From a virus: DNA of 64,000 nt. The position numbers and the translations under genes are program-made. Location: positions 107,910 to 171,909 of the IMG/VR virus record IMGVR_UViG_3300045912_000789, one strand, 5' to 3'. This document shows positions 1 to 8,842 of this stretch, one piece after another. The notes under the pieces are model-generated. The model was not told where the DNA came from and ran no database searches. It saw nothing but the letters and a program-made list of their open reading frames with translations. How positions within the stretch are numbered: the first letter of the stretch is position 1; each line of letters opens with the position of its first letter.

Positions 1-417
1 GGCGCCGCCGCTCGTGCGCTCCTCGAAGGCGTGAAGGACTTGGCGCAGATCCGGTCCTCGATCTCGCAGGCGAAGCAGCGCGAGACCAGCGCCCCGAAGG
101 CCATCGGCGCCGGCGTCAGCCGGATGGTCGAGCACGGCTTCGCGCGAGGGAAGGAGCTGGAGCGCGAGCACGGCGATCTCGCCGCGGCCCACAAGCAGAT
201 CAAGGACATCCAGGAGGCGGGCATCCAGGAGCGGGCCCACCGACGAATCGAGGGCCTGACCCGCGCCTACACCGACGCCGCCAGCCGCATGGAGAAGCTG
301 GTGCAGGGCGGGCACGTGACGCCGCAGCGCGTCGACCAGCTCATGGGCGCCGTGATCAAGAAGCACAGTTCCGCGACGACTCCCGGACAGAAGCTCATCG
401 CGGCCTGCCGAGGCTGA
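1..417 (+). CDS. hypothetical head-module protein, probably 5'-truncated by the window
   Basis: Frame open from base 1; TGA overlaps ATG of next gene (TGATG). Confidence 0.6.
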   Translation, partial: GAAARALLEGVKDLAQIRSSISQAKQRETSAPKAIGAGVSRMVEHGFARGKELEREHGDLAAAHKQIKDIQEAGIQERAHRRIEGLTRAYTDAASRMEKLVQGGHVTPQRVDQLMGAVIKKHSSATTPGQKLIAACRG

Positions 418-2198
418 TGCACACGAAGCGCGCATACTTCGCCGGGGAGCACGACGGAGAACCCCTCGTCCAGATCGTGCGCCCCGGCGAGCAGGTCAAG
501 ACGGCGTCCTTCATGATGCCGTCCGTGCAGTCGTTCATCGATCGGCTGACACCAGATCCCCGCTACACGTACGTCCTCGTCAACGCGATGGGGTACAGCG
601 AGTTCTACGGCTCGAACTCCAACCGCGACTGGTACGGCCACAACCAGCACCTCGACTTCAACGGGCTGCTGCACTCGCCGCCGGACTTCGGCAAGGACTA
701 CGAGACCGACAAGATGCAGGGCCTGGCGTGGCCCTACGGCTTCCCCAGCTACTACGGCGCGACCGTCTACGCCCACCACAAGAACACCGATCCGCAGCAG
801 CTCGGGTTCGGAGACGTGATCTACGTCGCCCCGAATCCGATCATGAAGCGCATCGAGCTGGTCGAGCGCGTGTTCAACGAGGAGGCCCAGAAGAAGGGGC
901 ACACCTCGATCCTGGAACGAATCGCCGCCGGAGAGCGGGTCGACGTCTCGATGGGCTGCAAGGTGCCCTTCGACTTCTGTTCGATCTGCACCGACTGGGC
1001 ACTCGTCAAGAAGGCCTGGAAGACCTTCAATCCCGACGAGCATCGCCACCCCGGCATCGCGATCCTGCACTTCCACAAGACGGTCCAGCCCATCCGGGGG
1101 CTCGCGATTACCCGCAAGGACTACTGCGAGCACATGCTCCAGATCCCCGGGAAGATCCTACCCGACGGCCGCAAGGTCTTCGTCTACAACGACTTCCCCC
1201 GCTTCTTCGACATCAGCTTCGTGCTCGTCGGTGCAGATCGCACTGCGCGTGTGATGTGGCACCTCGGGTCGACGAAGCCGACGGAGGGGACGACGGCGGG
1301 TCCGTGGGCCAAGCGCGAGAACAGTATCGTGCGGCTGCTGGAGAACCTCCTCAACAAGACATCGGCGATCAACATCGCCTCGATGGAGAAGGAGATCCCC
1401 GACGGTTTCGCCCAAGCGGTGAAGCACGACAGCGACACCGCGCCCGACATCAGCGGGACCCTGACGGTGGTCCTGGACGGAGCCGAGGACCGGAAGCTGA
1501 TGGCGAAGAAGATCCTCACGGCGCTCGCCGTGTTGGGCATCGTGCCGTCCCCGAGGGAGTTCCAGACCCTCGCCCTCACCCACGTGCCGGGCGGTGACCT
1601 GATCAAGAAGGCGCTCGACGAGAAGGGGGTGGTCTTCGACACCTCGGTCGGCGGGATCGACGACACCTTCAGCGTCAGCGAGAAGCTCTACGACGCCAAG
1701 CTCACGCAGGCGTTCGCCCCGCTGATGTCCGAGCGGTCGAGCTTCGACCCCTTCCTGACCGAGCGCCTGACCAGCTTCGAGCCGAAGACGGCGTCCGCAC
1801 CTGCGATGCCGATCCGCACGGAACTCCTCGACAAGCTGGCGTCCCAGTACAACGGCTACCGGATCTCTACGCTGGAGAACGCCGGGGATCTCTTCCCGAA
1901 GAGCGCCGAGTTCCTGGGTGCCCAGACGGTCGCCAAGATGGGCGGGAAGGGGATCGGCCTGGCCGCTCTTCTCCTCGGTCTGGGGCCCGTGATATCTTTG
2001 CTTTCGTCGCACCTGCGTAGCAGGCGTGAAGAAGGGCAGCAGATCGGTACCATGGCTTCGTTCGTCGCCGACAATCCGAGCTTCGTGACCATCACGACGA
2101 TCGGCGCCGGTCTGCGAGCCGCCATGGCCATCGACAAGGCCGGAGGCCTGGTCCAAGCTGCGCGCTCTGTCGTCACGGCTGCACGAGGGGTGCTCTGA
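417..2198 (+). CDS. putative prohead (capsid maturation) protease with Zn-binding insert
   Basis: VYAHH ... VSMGCKVPFDFCSIC ... YCEH ... FFDISFVLVGAD resembles His/Ser prohead proteases of large phages; upstream of scaffold-like genes and MCP. Confidence 0.7.
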   Translation: MHTKRAYFAGEHDGEPLVQIVRPGEQVKTASFMMPSVQSFIDRLTPDPRYTYVLVNAMGYSEFYGSNSNRDWYGHNQHLDFNGLLHSPPDFGKDYETDKMQGLAWPYGFPSYYGATVYAHHKNTDPQQLGFGDVIYVAPNPIMKRIELVERVFNEEAQKKGHTSILERIAAGERVDVSMGCKVPFDFCSICTDWALVKKAWKTFNPDEHRHPGIAILHFHKTVQPIRGLAITRKDYCEHMLQIPGKILPDGRKVFVYNDFPRFFDISFVLVGADRTARVMWHLGSTKPTEGTTAGPWAKRENSIVRLLENLLNKTSAINIASMEKEIPDGFAQAVKHDSDTAPDISGTLTVVLDGAEDRKLMAKKILTALAVLGIVPSPREFQTLALTHVPGGDLIKKALDEKGVVFDTSVGGIDDTFSVSEKLYDAKLTQAFAPLMSERSSFDPFLTERLTSFEPKTASAPAMPIRTELLDKLASQYNGYRISTLENAGDLFPKSAEFLGAQTVAKMGGKGIGLAALLLGLGPVISLLSSHLRSRREEGQQIGTMASFVADNPSFVTITTIGAGLRAAMAIDKAGGLVQAARSVVTAARGVL

Positions 2199-2260
2199 TC
2201 CGCTGAGGTAGCTCCGGGCAACCGATGACGCAGGATCCCCGCCAAGAAGGAAGACACACC

Positions 2261-3349
2261 ATGGATCGCGAAACCGACATCTTCGACCTGGACGTCCAGG
2301 GAACCTCCTCGGGCGACCTGGACGTCGATCTCGCCAACGCGGGCCACGTCCTCCAGAAGCTCGCCGAGGAGGAGGGCGTCGATCTGAACGCCCTCTCGGA
2401 CGCGGACGTGGCGGACCTCGTCAGGGATCTTCTCCGCCCCGAGGGTCCGAACGCACAGACCACCCAGGAGACCCGGAAGGAAGCCAGCGCCATGAGCACC
2501 GAGACCCAGCCCCTCCCCAACGAGCCGACCTACGCCGACGTGGCGGTCGAGCTGAGCAAGATCGCCGCCGCCGAGGGCATCGATCTCTCGAAGGTCTCCC
2601 GCGAGGAGTACCACGAGGCGTTCGCCAGCCTCGCCGAGCAGATGGCCGACCCCGAGTACGGCCAGGCGAAGGAGGCCGAGGAGGCGAAGCTCGCCGAGGC
2701 CTACGCGCAGGGCCAGCGCATGGCCGACGGCTTCCTCGATCGCCTCAAGGAGGCGGAGGACGAGGCCGAGAAGAAGGAGAAGGAGCGCAAGGAGAAGGAG
2801 GGCGAGGAGGGCAAGAAGGAGGCCGCCGGCGCCGTCCGTGCCGCGCTCCACGGCGCGAAGGACAAGGCGAAGAAGATGCTCGGCAAGGGCGTCGGGCACG
2901 CCGTCCGCGCGGGCGAGAAGGTCCGCGGCGCCGCGTCCTCGGCCGCCAAGGGCGAGCGCGAGTTCCACGAGCGCCTCGGCAAGGGCATGCCCGAGGGCCT
3001 GACCCACGCCGTCGCGAAGCGCATGGAGGGCCCCGCGAAGGATCGCCTCAGCCGTGCGCGCACCGCGGTCGGTCGCGGTGCCACGGCGGCCGGCGCGGCC
3101 GGTGCCGCGGGCGCGGCGGGCGCGGGCTACGCGGCGGGGCGCTCGAAGGAGAGCCTCGACGAGGCGGCGCTCCAGATCGCGGCCGAGATGGTCCGCGAGA
3201 TGGGCTTCGATCCCTCCACCGGCGAGAAGCTCGCCGAGGCGCACGTCCCGGCCGAGCCCACCGCCGACGCGGACGGCTGGACCGAGGACGAGATCGCCGA
3301 GCGCGCGGTCGAGTTCATGAAGGAGGCGGGCTACCTCGCCCAGGAGTGA
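2261..3349 (+). CDS. internal head/scaffold-like protein
   Basis: ATG 2261 after AAGAAGGAAG; acidic helical protein with many K-x-A motifs and a Gly/Ala segment. Confidence 0.65.
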   Translation: MDRETDIFDLDVQGTSSGDLDVDLANAGHVLQKLAEEEGVDLNALSDADVADLVRDLLRPEGPNAQTTQETRKEASAMSTETQPLPNEPTYADVAVELSKIAAAEGIDLSKVSREEYHEAFASLAEQMADPEYGQAKEAEEAKLAEAYAQGQRMADGFLDRLKEAEDEAEKKEKERKEKEGEEGKKEAAGAVRAALHGAKDKAKKMLGKGVGHAVRAGEKVRGAASSAAKGEREFHERLGKGMPEGLTHAVAKRMEGPAKDRLSRARTAVGRGATAAGAAGAAGAAGAGYAAGRSKESLDEAALQIAAEMVREMGFDPSTGEKLAEAHVPAEPTADADGWTEDEIAERAVEFMKEAGYLAQE

Positions 3350-3564
3350 TCGTGCGGCGCGAAGCTCATCCCGTCCTGATGCTGGAAACCTGGCTCAAGG
3401 AAGCCCAGGCAGCCCAGCGTCCGGCCGGGATGAGCGACGTCCGGCGGCGGACGCCGGTCGGGAAGGACCGCCAGGAGTACGCGCAGCCCAACCCGCCCGC
3501 AGCCACCACTGCCCCCCACACGATCTCCAACCAGAAGGCTCTCAGCCCACCACCCGTGATGTGA
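3346..3564 (+). CDS. small hypothetical head-module protein
   Basis: GTGA overlap with upstream stop; fills gap before 3572. Confidence 0.5.
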   Translation: MIVRREAHPVLMLETWLKEAQAAQRPAGMSDVRRRTPVGKDRQEYAQPNPPAATTAPHTISNQKALSPPPVM

Positions 3565-3571
3565 GGAAACC

Positions 3572-4741
3572 ATGACGACCCTCGCCGACATCGTGAACAA
3601 CGCGCTCTCCCAGTCGGAGAGCAGCCTCAAGCTCGCTTCGGCCCGTGACGCGGCGCCGGCCGTCGAGGGAAGCTCGCTGGCCTTCCTCGACGCGGAGCTG
3701 GCCCTGCCGACCTCGACGCCGAAGCTCGCCTCGGACGACGAGGACGAGGACGATCGCCGTCCTCCGAAGAAGGACGAGAAGAAGGAGCCGGAGAAGAAGG
3801 CGTCCGTCCACGAGATCGTGGAAGACGCCGACTACGCGATGAAGCTCGCGGAGGCCCTGACGCTCGGCTCGAACATCGTCGCCGCGAAGCTCGCGTCCGA
3901 CGGCACCGCGCTCGGCGCTCCCGGACCGCAGGTCCACCAGAGCGGGATGCAGCACGCCCCCACGATCCCGAAGGCGCACTCGAAGGTCAAGGAGACGATC
4001 TCGGGTCCGGCGACCAACGCCGGCCCGAACGGCCTGCCGACCTCGAAGGCGGACTTCACGTCGCCCAACGACCAGTCGGGCCGCGCGAAGAACCACCCCG
4101 GCAAGACCGCCGCCGACGAGGCGTGGACGAAGTCGAAGACGGCCTCGATCCGCCTCATGCGCGCGAAGACGGCGCAGGCCGAGACGCTCATCGAGCTGGG
4201 CCAGATCGCGGCGGCCGAGAAGCTGCTCGACGAGGTCCGGGCCGAGCAGGCGAAGCTCGCGCAGGACCCCTCCTCGCCCCCGCCGGTCATGCCGGCCCAC
4301 AGCGAGTCGTTCAAGCTCGACACCGAGCCCGGCCCGTCCACGCACATCGGCGACAACGCCGCGCTGATCTCGCTGACGAAGAGCGAGGCGCGCGACAAGA
4401 CCACGCGCGAGGCCTCGCAGTACATCAGCGAGCCGCCCAAGAAGGACAACGCGGTCGGCGCGCACATGCTGCGGACCGACGGTCAGAAGCTGAGCCACCT
4501 CGTGCTCCCCGGCGCGCGCAAGACCGCGTCGGCGCAGCCCGCGACGGCCCCGGCTCCCACGACCCCCACCACCGAGAAGAAGGCGTCGATGGACCCCGCG
4601 GTCGGCCGCGCCTACCTCTCGAAGCTCGTCAAGACCGCCGGCGATCCCGAGGCGATGCCCCAGGAGCGCGCGAAGGCCGCCGAGGCCATCAAGGCGATCA
4701 AGGCCAAGATCGGGGTGGACCCCGAGGCTCTCCTGAGCTGA
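3572..4741 (+). CDS. internal head/scaffold-like protein
   Basis: GAGGA RBS; low complexity; about a dozen KLAS/KTAS/KKAS-type motifs. Confidence 0.65.
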   Translation: MTTLADIVNNALSQSESSLKLASARDAAPAVEGSSLAFLDAELALPTSTPKLASDDEDEDDRRPPKKDEKKEPEKKASVHEIVEDADYAMKLAEALTLGSNIVAAKLASDGTALGAPGPQVHQSGMQHAPTIPKAHSKVKETISGPATNAGPNGLPTSKADFTSPNDQSGRAKNHPGKTAADEAWTKSKTASIRLMRAKTAQAETLIELGQIAAAEKLLDEVRAEQAKLAQDPSSPPPVMPAHSESFKLDTEPGPSTHIGDNAALISLTKSEARDKTTREASQYISEPPKKDNAVGAHMLRTDGQKLSHLVLPGARKTASAQPATAPAPTTPTTEKKASMDPAVGRAYLSKLVKTAGDPEAMPQERAKAAEAIKAIKAKIGVDPEALLS

Positions 4742-4766
4742 ACTTCCCGGAAGGAGACAGACGAAC

Positions 4767-5171
4767 ATGAACAACATGGAGAAGGTGGCGCACGAGGTGC
4801 CCGGCATCATGCAGGCGGCCTCGCAGCACCTCGTCAAGCTCGCCGGGAAGAACGTCGAGCTGGTGAAGCGAGCGGAGGCCGCGGAGCACGAGAACCGCGT
4901 CATGAAGCTCGCACGTCGGATGGAGATCCGCGGGCTGCACACGAACCTGTCCTTCGAGGACAAGATCGCGCAGCTCATGGAGGTCCCTCTCGACAAGCTC
5001 GCGACGATGGAGCAGGCGGTCGAGATGGCCGCCGGCGGCGTGCGGCTCGGGAAGGTCGCGGAGACCGACTCGGGCAGCAAGATCGCGTCGTCCGGCTACG
5101 AGCCGTCCGGGGGTTCCTCGGACGTCGACGAGCTGGAGGTCTTCATCGAGAGTCAGGCGGCTCTCACCTGA
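4767..5171 (+). CDS. putative scaffolding protein
   Basis: AAGGAG RBS; coiled coil; position before decoration and MCP genes. Confidence 0.55.
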   Translation: MNNMEKVAHEVPGIMQAASQHLVKLAGKNVELVKRAEAAEHENRVMKLARRMEIRGLHTNLSFEDKIAQLMEVPLDKLATMEQAVEMAAGGVRLGKVAETDSGSKIASSGYEPSGGSSDVDELEVFIESQAALT

Positions 5172-5221
5172 GCCGGGATGACCTGAACAGCAGAGAGACC
5201 GTCAACAAGGAGATCTGAATC

Positions 5222-5704
5222 ATGGCCAGCTACGATCGCAAGTTCGAGGTCATCCAGCCCACCCTGGACCGCCTCGTCCGCAAGCCCCTGGAGGTCGCCG
5301 ACGTGCGCCTCCTCGACCCGACCGGCGCCGGTGGAGCGGTGGTCGCCCTCATCGCCGGCGAGCTGGTCCAGCTCGACTCCACCTACAAGTGGATCCGGGC
5401 CGCGACCTTCACGCAGCCGTCGTTCTTCTCGGTCGAAGACCGGGGCGACTACGGCGTCCAGGCGTCGCGCAAGCTCAGCGCGATCATGGGCGGCGGCGCC
5501 TTCGAGTGCGACACCATCGTCTACAACACCGGGCTGACCACGGTCGGCGCGGCGGTGCAGGCAGGCGTCGTCAACAACAGCCTCTCGGGCAGCGTCAACC
5601 GCGCCGGCCTCGTCGCCAGCGCCGGCGGCGTCGTCCTCGGCTACGTCACGCGCGTGGCGGCCCTGAACAACGGCCTCCTCCGCATCCTCCAGACCCTGGT
5701 CTGA
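5222..5704 (+). CDS. putative capsid decoration/stabilising protein
   Basis: 160 aa beta-rich protein directly before MCP; AAGGAG RBS. Function from synteny. Confidence 0.55.
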   Translation: MASYDRKFEVIQPTLDRLVRKPLEVADVRLLDPTGAGGAVVALIAGELVQLDSTYKWIRAATFTQPSFFSVEDRGDYGVQASRKLSAIMGGGAFECDTIVYNTGLTTVGAAVQAGVVNNSLSGSVNRAGLVASAGGVVLGYVTRVAALNNGLLRILQTLV

Positions 5705-5757
5705 TCCCCCTCATCGGACGCAGACCCTCAACGAGATCCACGAAGGAGAACCAGACC

Positions 5758-6873
5758 ATGGCCAGCCACAAGGAGATGCTCCTCAACCAGCTCTCCGACC
5801 CCGCCGCGAAGACCAAGATCGCAGCGAAGTTCGGAGGCTACATCCGCGACCGCCTGCGCGAGTCGTCGTTCGCCGAGCAGGTGCTCCCGCCGGAGAACGT
5901 CGACCGCTCGCAGTGCCAGGTCTCGACCCAGCACGACTCGCTCGTGAAGATCGAGTACCTGGAGCCGCGCTCGCGCGCGATGACGGTGACGTTCCGCGGC
6001 GAGCCCCGCGCGAACTTCATCCGCGGCGAGAAGGTCGAGGTGCCGTTCATCACCGTGATGAGCGACATGTTCCAGAAGCCGGAGCAGGAGTTCCTCGCGT
6101 ACGCCTTCCCGATCGGGAAGGTGATCGAGCAGAACGCCGTGCGCGACCTCGGCGAGGTGCAGGACCGCGAGTTCCTCATCCACATCGAGGCCGCCATCCA
6201 GGCGCTCCAGACCGAGGCGAACGGCGGCACCCCGACGGCGCTCAACGCGACTACGGTCGGCGCCGGCTCGGTCGTCGAGTTCTCGGCGACGAAGGGCGAG
6301 CTGGCGCGCATCGCGGCCAGCAACACGGCGGTCTCGCTGCCGATCCAGCGGCCGGACATCATCCGGCTCATCAAGCTGCTCGACGGCAACCGCCTGGAGA
6401 GCAACCTCATCCTGATCACGACGGTCGACTGGGACGACATCCTGGCGTGGACCGTCGAGGACCAGGGCGACAAGCTCCAGTCCGAGACGGCGGTGCAGGG
6501 GTGGAAGTACAACCTCCTCCTCGGCAAGCGCTACGTCCGGACGATCAAGACGGACATCCTCCGTCCCGGCAACGTGTACTGCTTCACGAGCTCGGACTTC
6601 CTCGGGAAGTTCTACGTGCTCAACAACGTGAAGTTCTACATCGACAAGTACATCAACATGCTGAAGTTCGTCGCCTGGAAGGACATCGGCATGTCGATCA
6701 TCAACATCGCGTCGGTCCGCAAGCTGGAGCTGTACTCCGGCGACGCGAACCCGACGACGAACGCGGACGGCATCCTCGGCTCGGTCACCCCGGTGGCGGA
6801 GGAGGATCTCGGCCGGCCGAACAACCGGGCGGGCAACCGCCAGTTCTTCCCGCAGGTGGTCAGCATCGGCTGA
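5758..6873 (+). CDS. major capsid protein (HK97-fold inferred)
   Basis: ATG 5758 after AAGGAGAA; 371 aa; strong codon bias; IRDRLRESSFAEQVLPP resembles large-phage MCP N-termini; followed by hairpin. Confidence 0.75.
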   Translation: MASHKEMLLNQLSDPAAKTKIAAKFGGYIRDRLRESSFAEQVLPPENVDRSQCQVSTQHDSLVKIEYLEPRSRAMTVTFRGEPRANFIRGEKVEVPFITVMSDMFQKPEQEFLAYAFPIGKVIEQNAVRDLGEVQDREFLIHIEAAIQALQTEANGGTPTALNATTVGAGSVVEFSATKGELARIAASNTAVSLPIQRPDIIRLIKLLDGNRLESNLILITTVDWDDILAWTVEDQGDKLQSETAVQGWKYNLLLGKRYVRTIKTDILRPGNVYCFTSSDFLGKFYVLNNVKFYIDKYINMLKFVAWKDIGMSIINIASVRKLELYSGDANPTTNADGILGSVTPVAEEDLGRPNNRAGNRQFFPQVVSIG

Positions 6874-6910
6874 TCGCCCCGCGGAAGGCTCCCGACTGGA
6901 CCCAGCCACC

Positions 6911-6941
6911 GGAGGGGCATCGGCACTGCCGGTGCCCCTTC
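6911..6941 (+). terminator. stem-loop after MCP
   Basis: GGAGGGGCATCGGC-ACT-GCCGGTGCCCCTTC. Confidence 0.6.
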
Positions 6942-6963
6942 TGTGCATCAAGGAGATCGAACC

Positions 6964-7809
6964 ATGGACAGCTCGCAGAACACGCTCCCCCGGCAGCTCC
7001 ACCTCCTCGGGGCCGGCCATCACCCGTCCACCAAGACCGTGCGCCGGTCGCATCGCTTCGCCGAGAAGTCGTTCCTGATCGGCTCGCTGCCGATCCGGCC
7101 GAACCGGCGGGTTCCGGTGACCGTCGAGTTCATCGTCGGCCATCTCGACGAGATCATCGACCGCGTGAAGCGCGGGACGCTGCTCGTGCAGCACTCCGCC
7201 GACACGTTCGTCGATCCCGACGAGCTGCGCGCCATCGCGGCCGTCTACCGCGGCGAGACGCCGCCCGGGCCCATCGTGAAGCTCGCGCCGGACGACGAGC
7301 CGGACGACGACGTCATCGACAACCCCGAGGACGACGGCAACCACGAGGACCCCTCGCAGGTCGAGGAGCCCACGGACGAGCCGGCGGCCGAGGAGCCCAA
7401 CCCCGCCGAGGAGGCGTTCGGCGAGGACGCTCCCGAGGCCCAGGAGCCCGCCGAGGAGCCCATGGACGCCCCGGAGGCCCCGGAGGAGCCCACGGAGTCC
7501 TACGACGCCCCGGAGGCCGACTACGACGCCCCCGGGGACCTCCACGAGCCCGAGCCGGCCATGGAGGGCATGGACGAGCCCGACATGGGCGGGGAGGCGC
7601 TGGAGGCCGCCCCGAAGCTCGCCGAGGAGGCTCCCGTCGACGAGGCCGTCGAGCCCGCCGTCGAGCAGCGCTGGCTGCCCGAGGGCTTCGAGAAGCTCGG
7701 CAAGAAGAAGCTGCTCGCGCTCTGCAAGGAGCGCGACATCACGGTGGAGGGCTCGCGGGTCGACGCCGACCAGCTCGTCCGCCTCCTCACCTCCTGGAAG
7801 AACGGCTGA
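6964..7809 (+). CDS. acidic Pro/Glu-rich protein with C-terminal Rho-N/HeH-like helical motif
   Basis: AGGAGA RBS; DAPEA repeats; C-terminal KKKLLALCKERDI...LVRLL. Confidence 0.6.
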   Translation: MDSSQNTLPRQLHLLGAGHHPSTKTVRRSHRFAEKSFLIGSLPIRPNRRVPVTVEFIVGHLDEIIDRVKRGTLLVQHSADTFVDPDELRAIAAVYRGETPPGPIVKLAPDDEPDDDVIDNPEDDGNHEDPSQVEEPTDEPAAEEPNPAEEAFGEDAPEAQEPAEEPMDAPEAPEEPTESYDAPEADYDAPGDLHEPEPAMEGMDEPDMGGEALEAAPKLAEEAPVDEAVEPAVEQRWLPEGFEKLGKKKLLALCKERDITVEGSRVDADQLVRLLTSWKNG

Positions 7810-7827
7810 TCACGTCGAGGGTGAAGG

Positions 7828-8340
7828 ATGGCTTCCCAGCTACAGGGTCTTGGTCAGCCGGCGAACATGCAGACGCTGGAGGCTCACATCCAGAGCGTCC
7901 GGTTGTTCATGCGTGACTTCGCCCAGCTCAACCTGCTGATCCGTGGCGAGGAGTCGTCCGACAGGATGATCGCGTGGGCGACCATGGACTTCCTGTCGAA
8001 CTTCAACGGCACCCCGCCGTTCAGCACCTTCAACCTCGACGATCTCCTCTTCTCGTACAACCTCCAGCACTTCGCGGTGCGCGGGACCGTGATCTCGCTC
8101 CTCCAGAGCCTGATGATGATCTACGCGCGCAACCACCTGCCCTTCTCGGATGGTGGCCTGAGCGTGAACTTCAACGACAAGGCGCCCCTCATCCAGTCGA
8201 TGCTCCAGCTCTTCCAGGCCGCGTACGAGCAGGACAAGCGCCAGATCAAGACGGCCATCAACGTCGCTGGTATCATGGACGCCGGCCCGAGTGGCGTGCA
8301 CAGCGACTACTACGCCCTGAGTGCGATCGGATTCTACTGA
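7828..8340 (+). CDS. putative head-tail adaptor (neck) protein
   Basis: 170 aa helical protein downstream of MCP; synteny. Confidence 0.5.
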   Translation: MASQLQGLGQPANMQTLEAHIQSVRLFMRDFAQLNLLIRGEESSDRMIAWATMDFLSNFNGTPPFSTFNLDDLLFSYNLQHFAVRGTVISLLQSLMMIYARNHLPFSDGGLSVNFNDKAPLIQSMLQLFQAAYEQDKRQIKTAINVAGIMDAGPSGVHSDYYALSAIGFY

Positions 8341-8349
8341 GGAGGCAGC

Positions 8350-8829
8350 ATGGCCTACGAAGTCTGCGTCGGAGACAAGTACCGGATCGAGGATCGCCTC
8401 AACGGCGGCGCGCGCCTCGGGCCGTTCCCCAGCAGCGGGCTGCCCATCGGCGGCCTGACCCTGATCTTCGCCGTCCCCGCGGTGACGGTGACCTTCACCG
8501 GTGCGCTCGGGGAGGTGCGGACCTGGGCCCAGATCCTCGCCGACCTGGTCGCCCAGGCTCCGACGGTGACGTCGAAGACGCGTCCGGCGAACAACGGCCC
8601 AGCGGGCTCGGGCAGCGCTCCCGGAGTCGTCCCGAGCAACCAGGTCGAGCTGAGGCTCTACCTGGACACCGGCATCACCATCGACAAGGACGGCACGGCC
8701 AACACGCTGCTGCGGATCCCCACGGCCGCCGACACCGTCTACCCCGTCGCCGTCGCGCAGACCAAGATCGTGGGCTTCACCCAGGGCCTGGCGCCGACCG
8801 CGTACGCCGTCCTCATCAACCTGAGCTGA
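8350..8829 (+). CDS. hypothetical virion protein
   Basis: GGAGG RBS; beta-rich, T/V/G-rich. Confidence 0.6.
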   Translation: MAYEVCVGDKYRIEDRLNGGARLGPFPSSGLPIGGLTLIFAVPAVTVTFTGALGEVRTWAQILADLVAQAPTVTSKTRPANNGPAGSGSAPGVVPSNQVELRLYLDTGITIDKDGTANTLLRIPTAADTVYPVAVAQTKIVGFTQGLAPTAYAVLINLS

Positions 8830-8842
8830 ACAAGGACTGGTC

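Noticed and set aside
2222-2275. Hammerhead-like CCGATGA...GAAAC
   Set aside because: Core is CCGAUGA rather than CUGANGA, and the stem II closing pair is missing.
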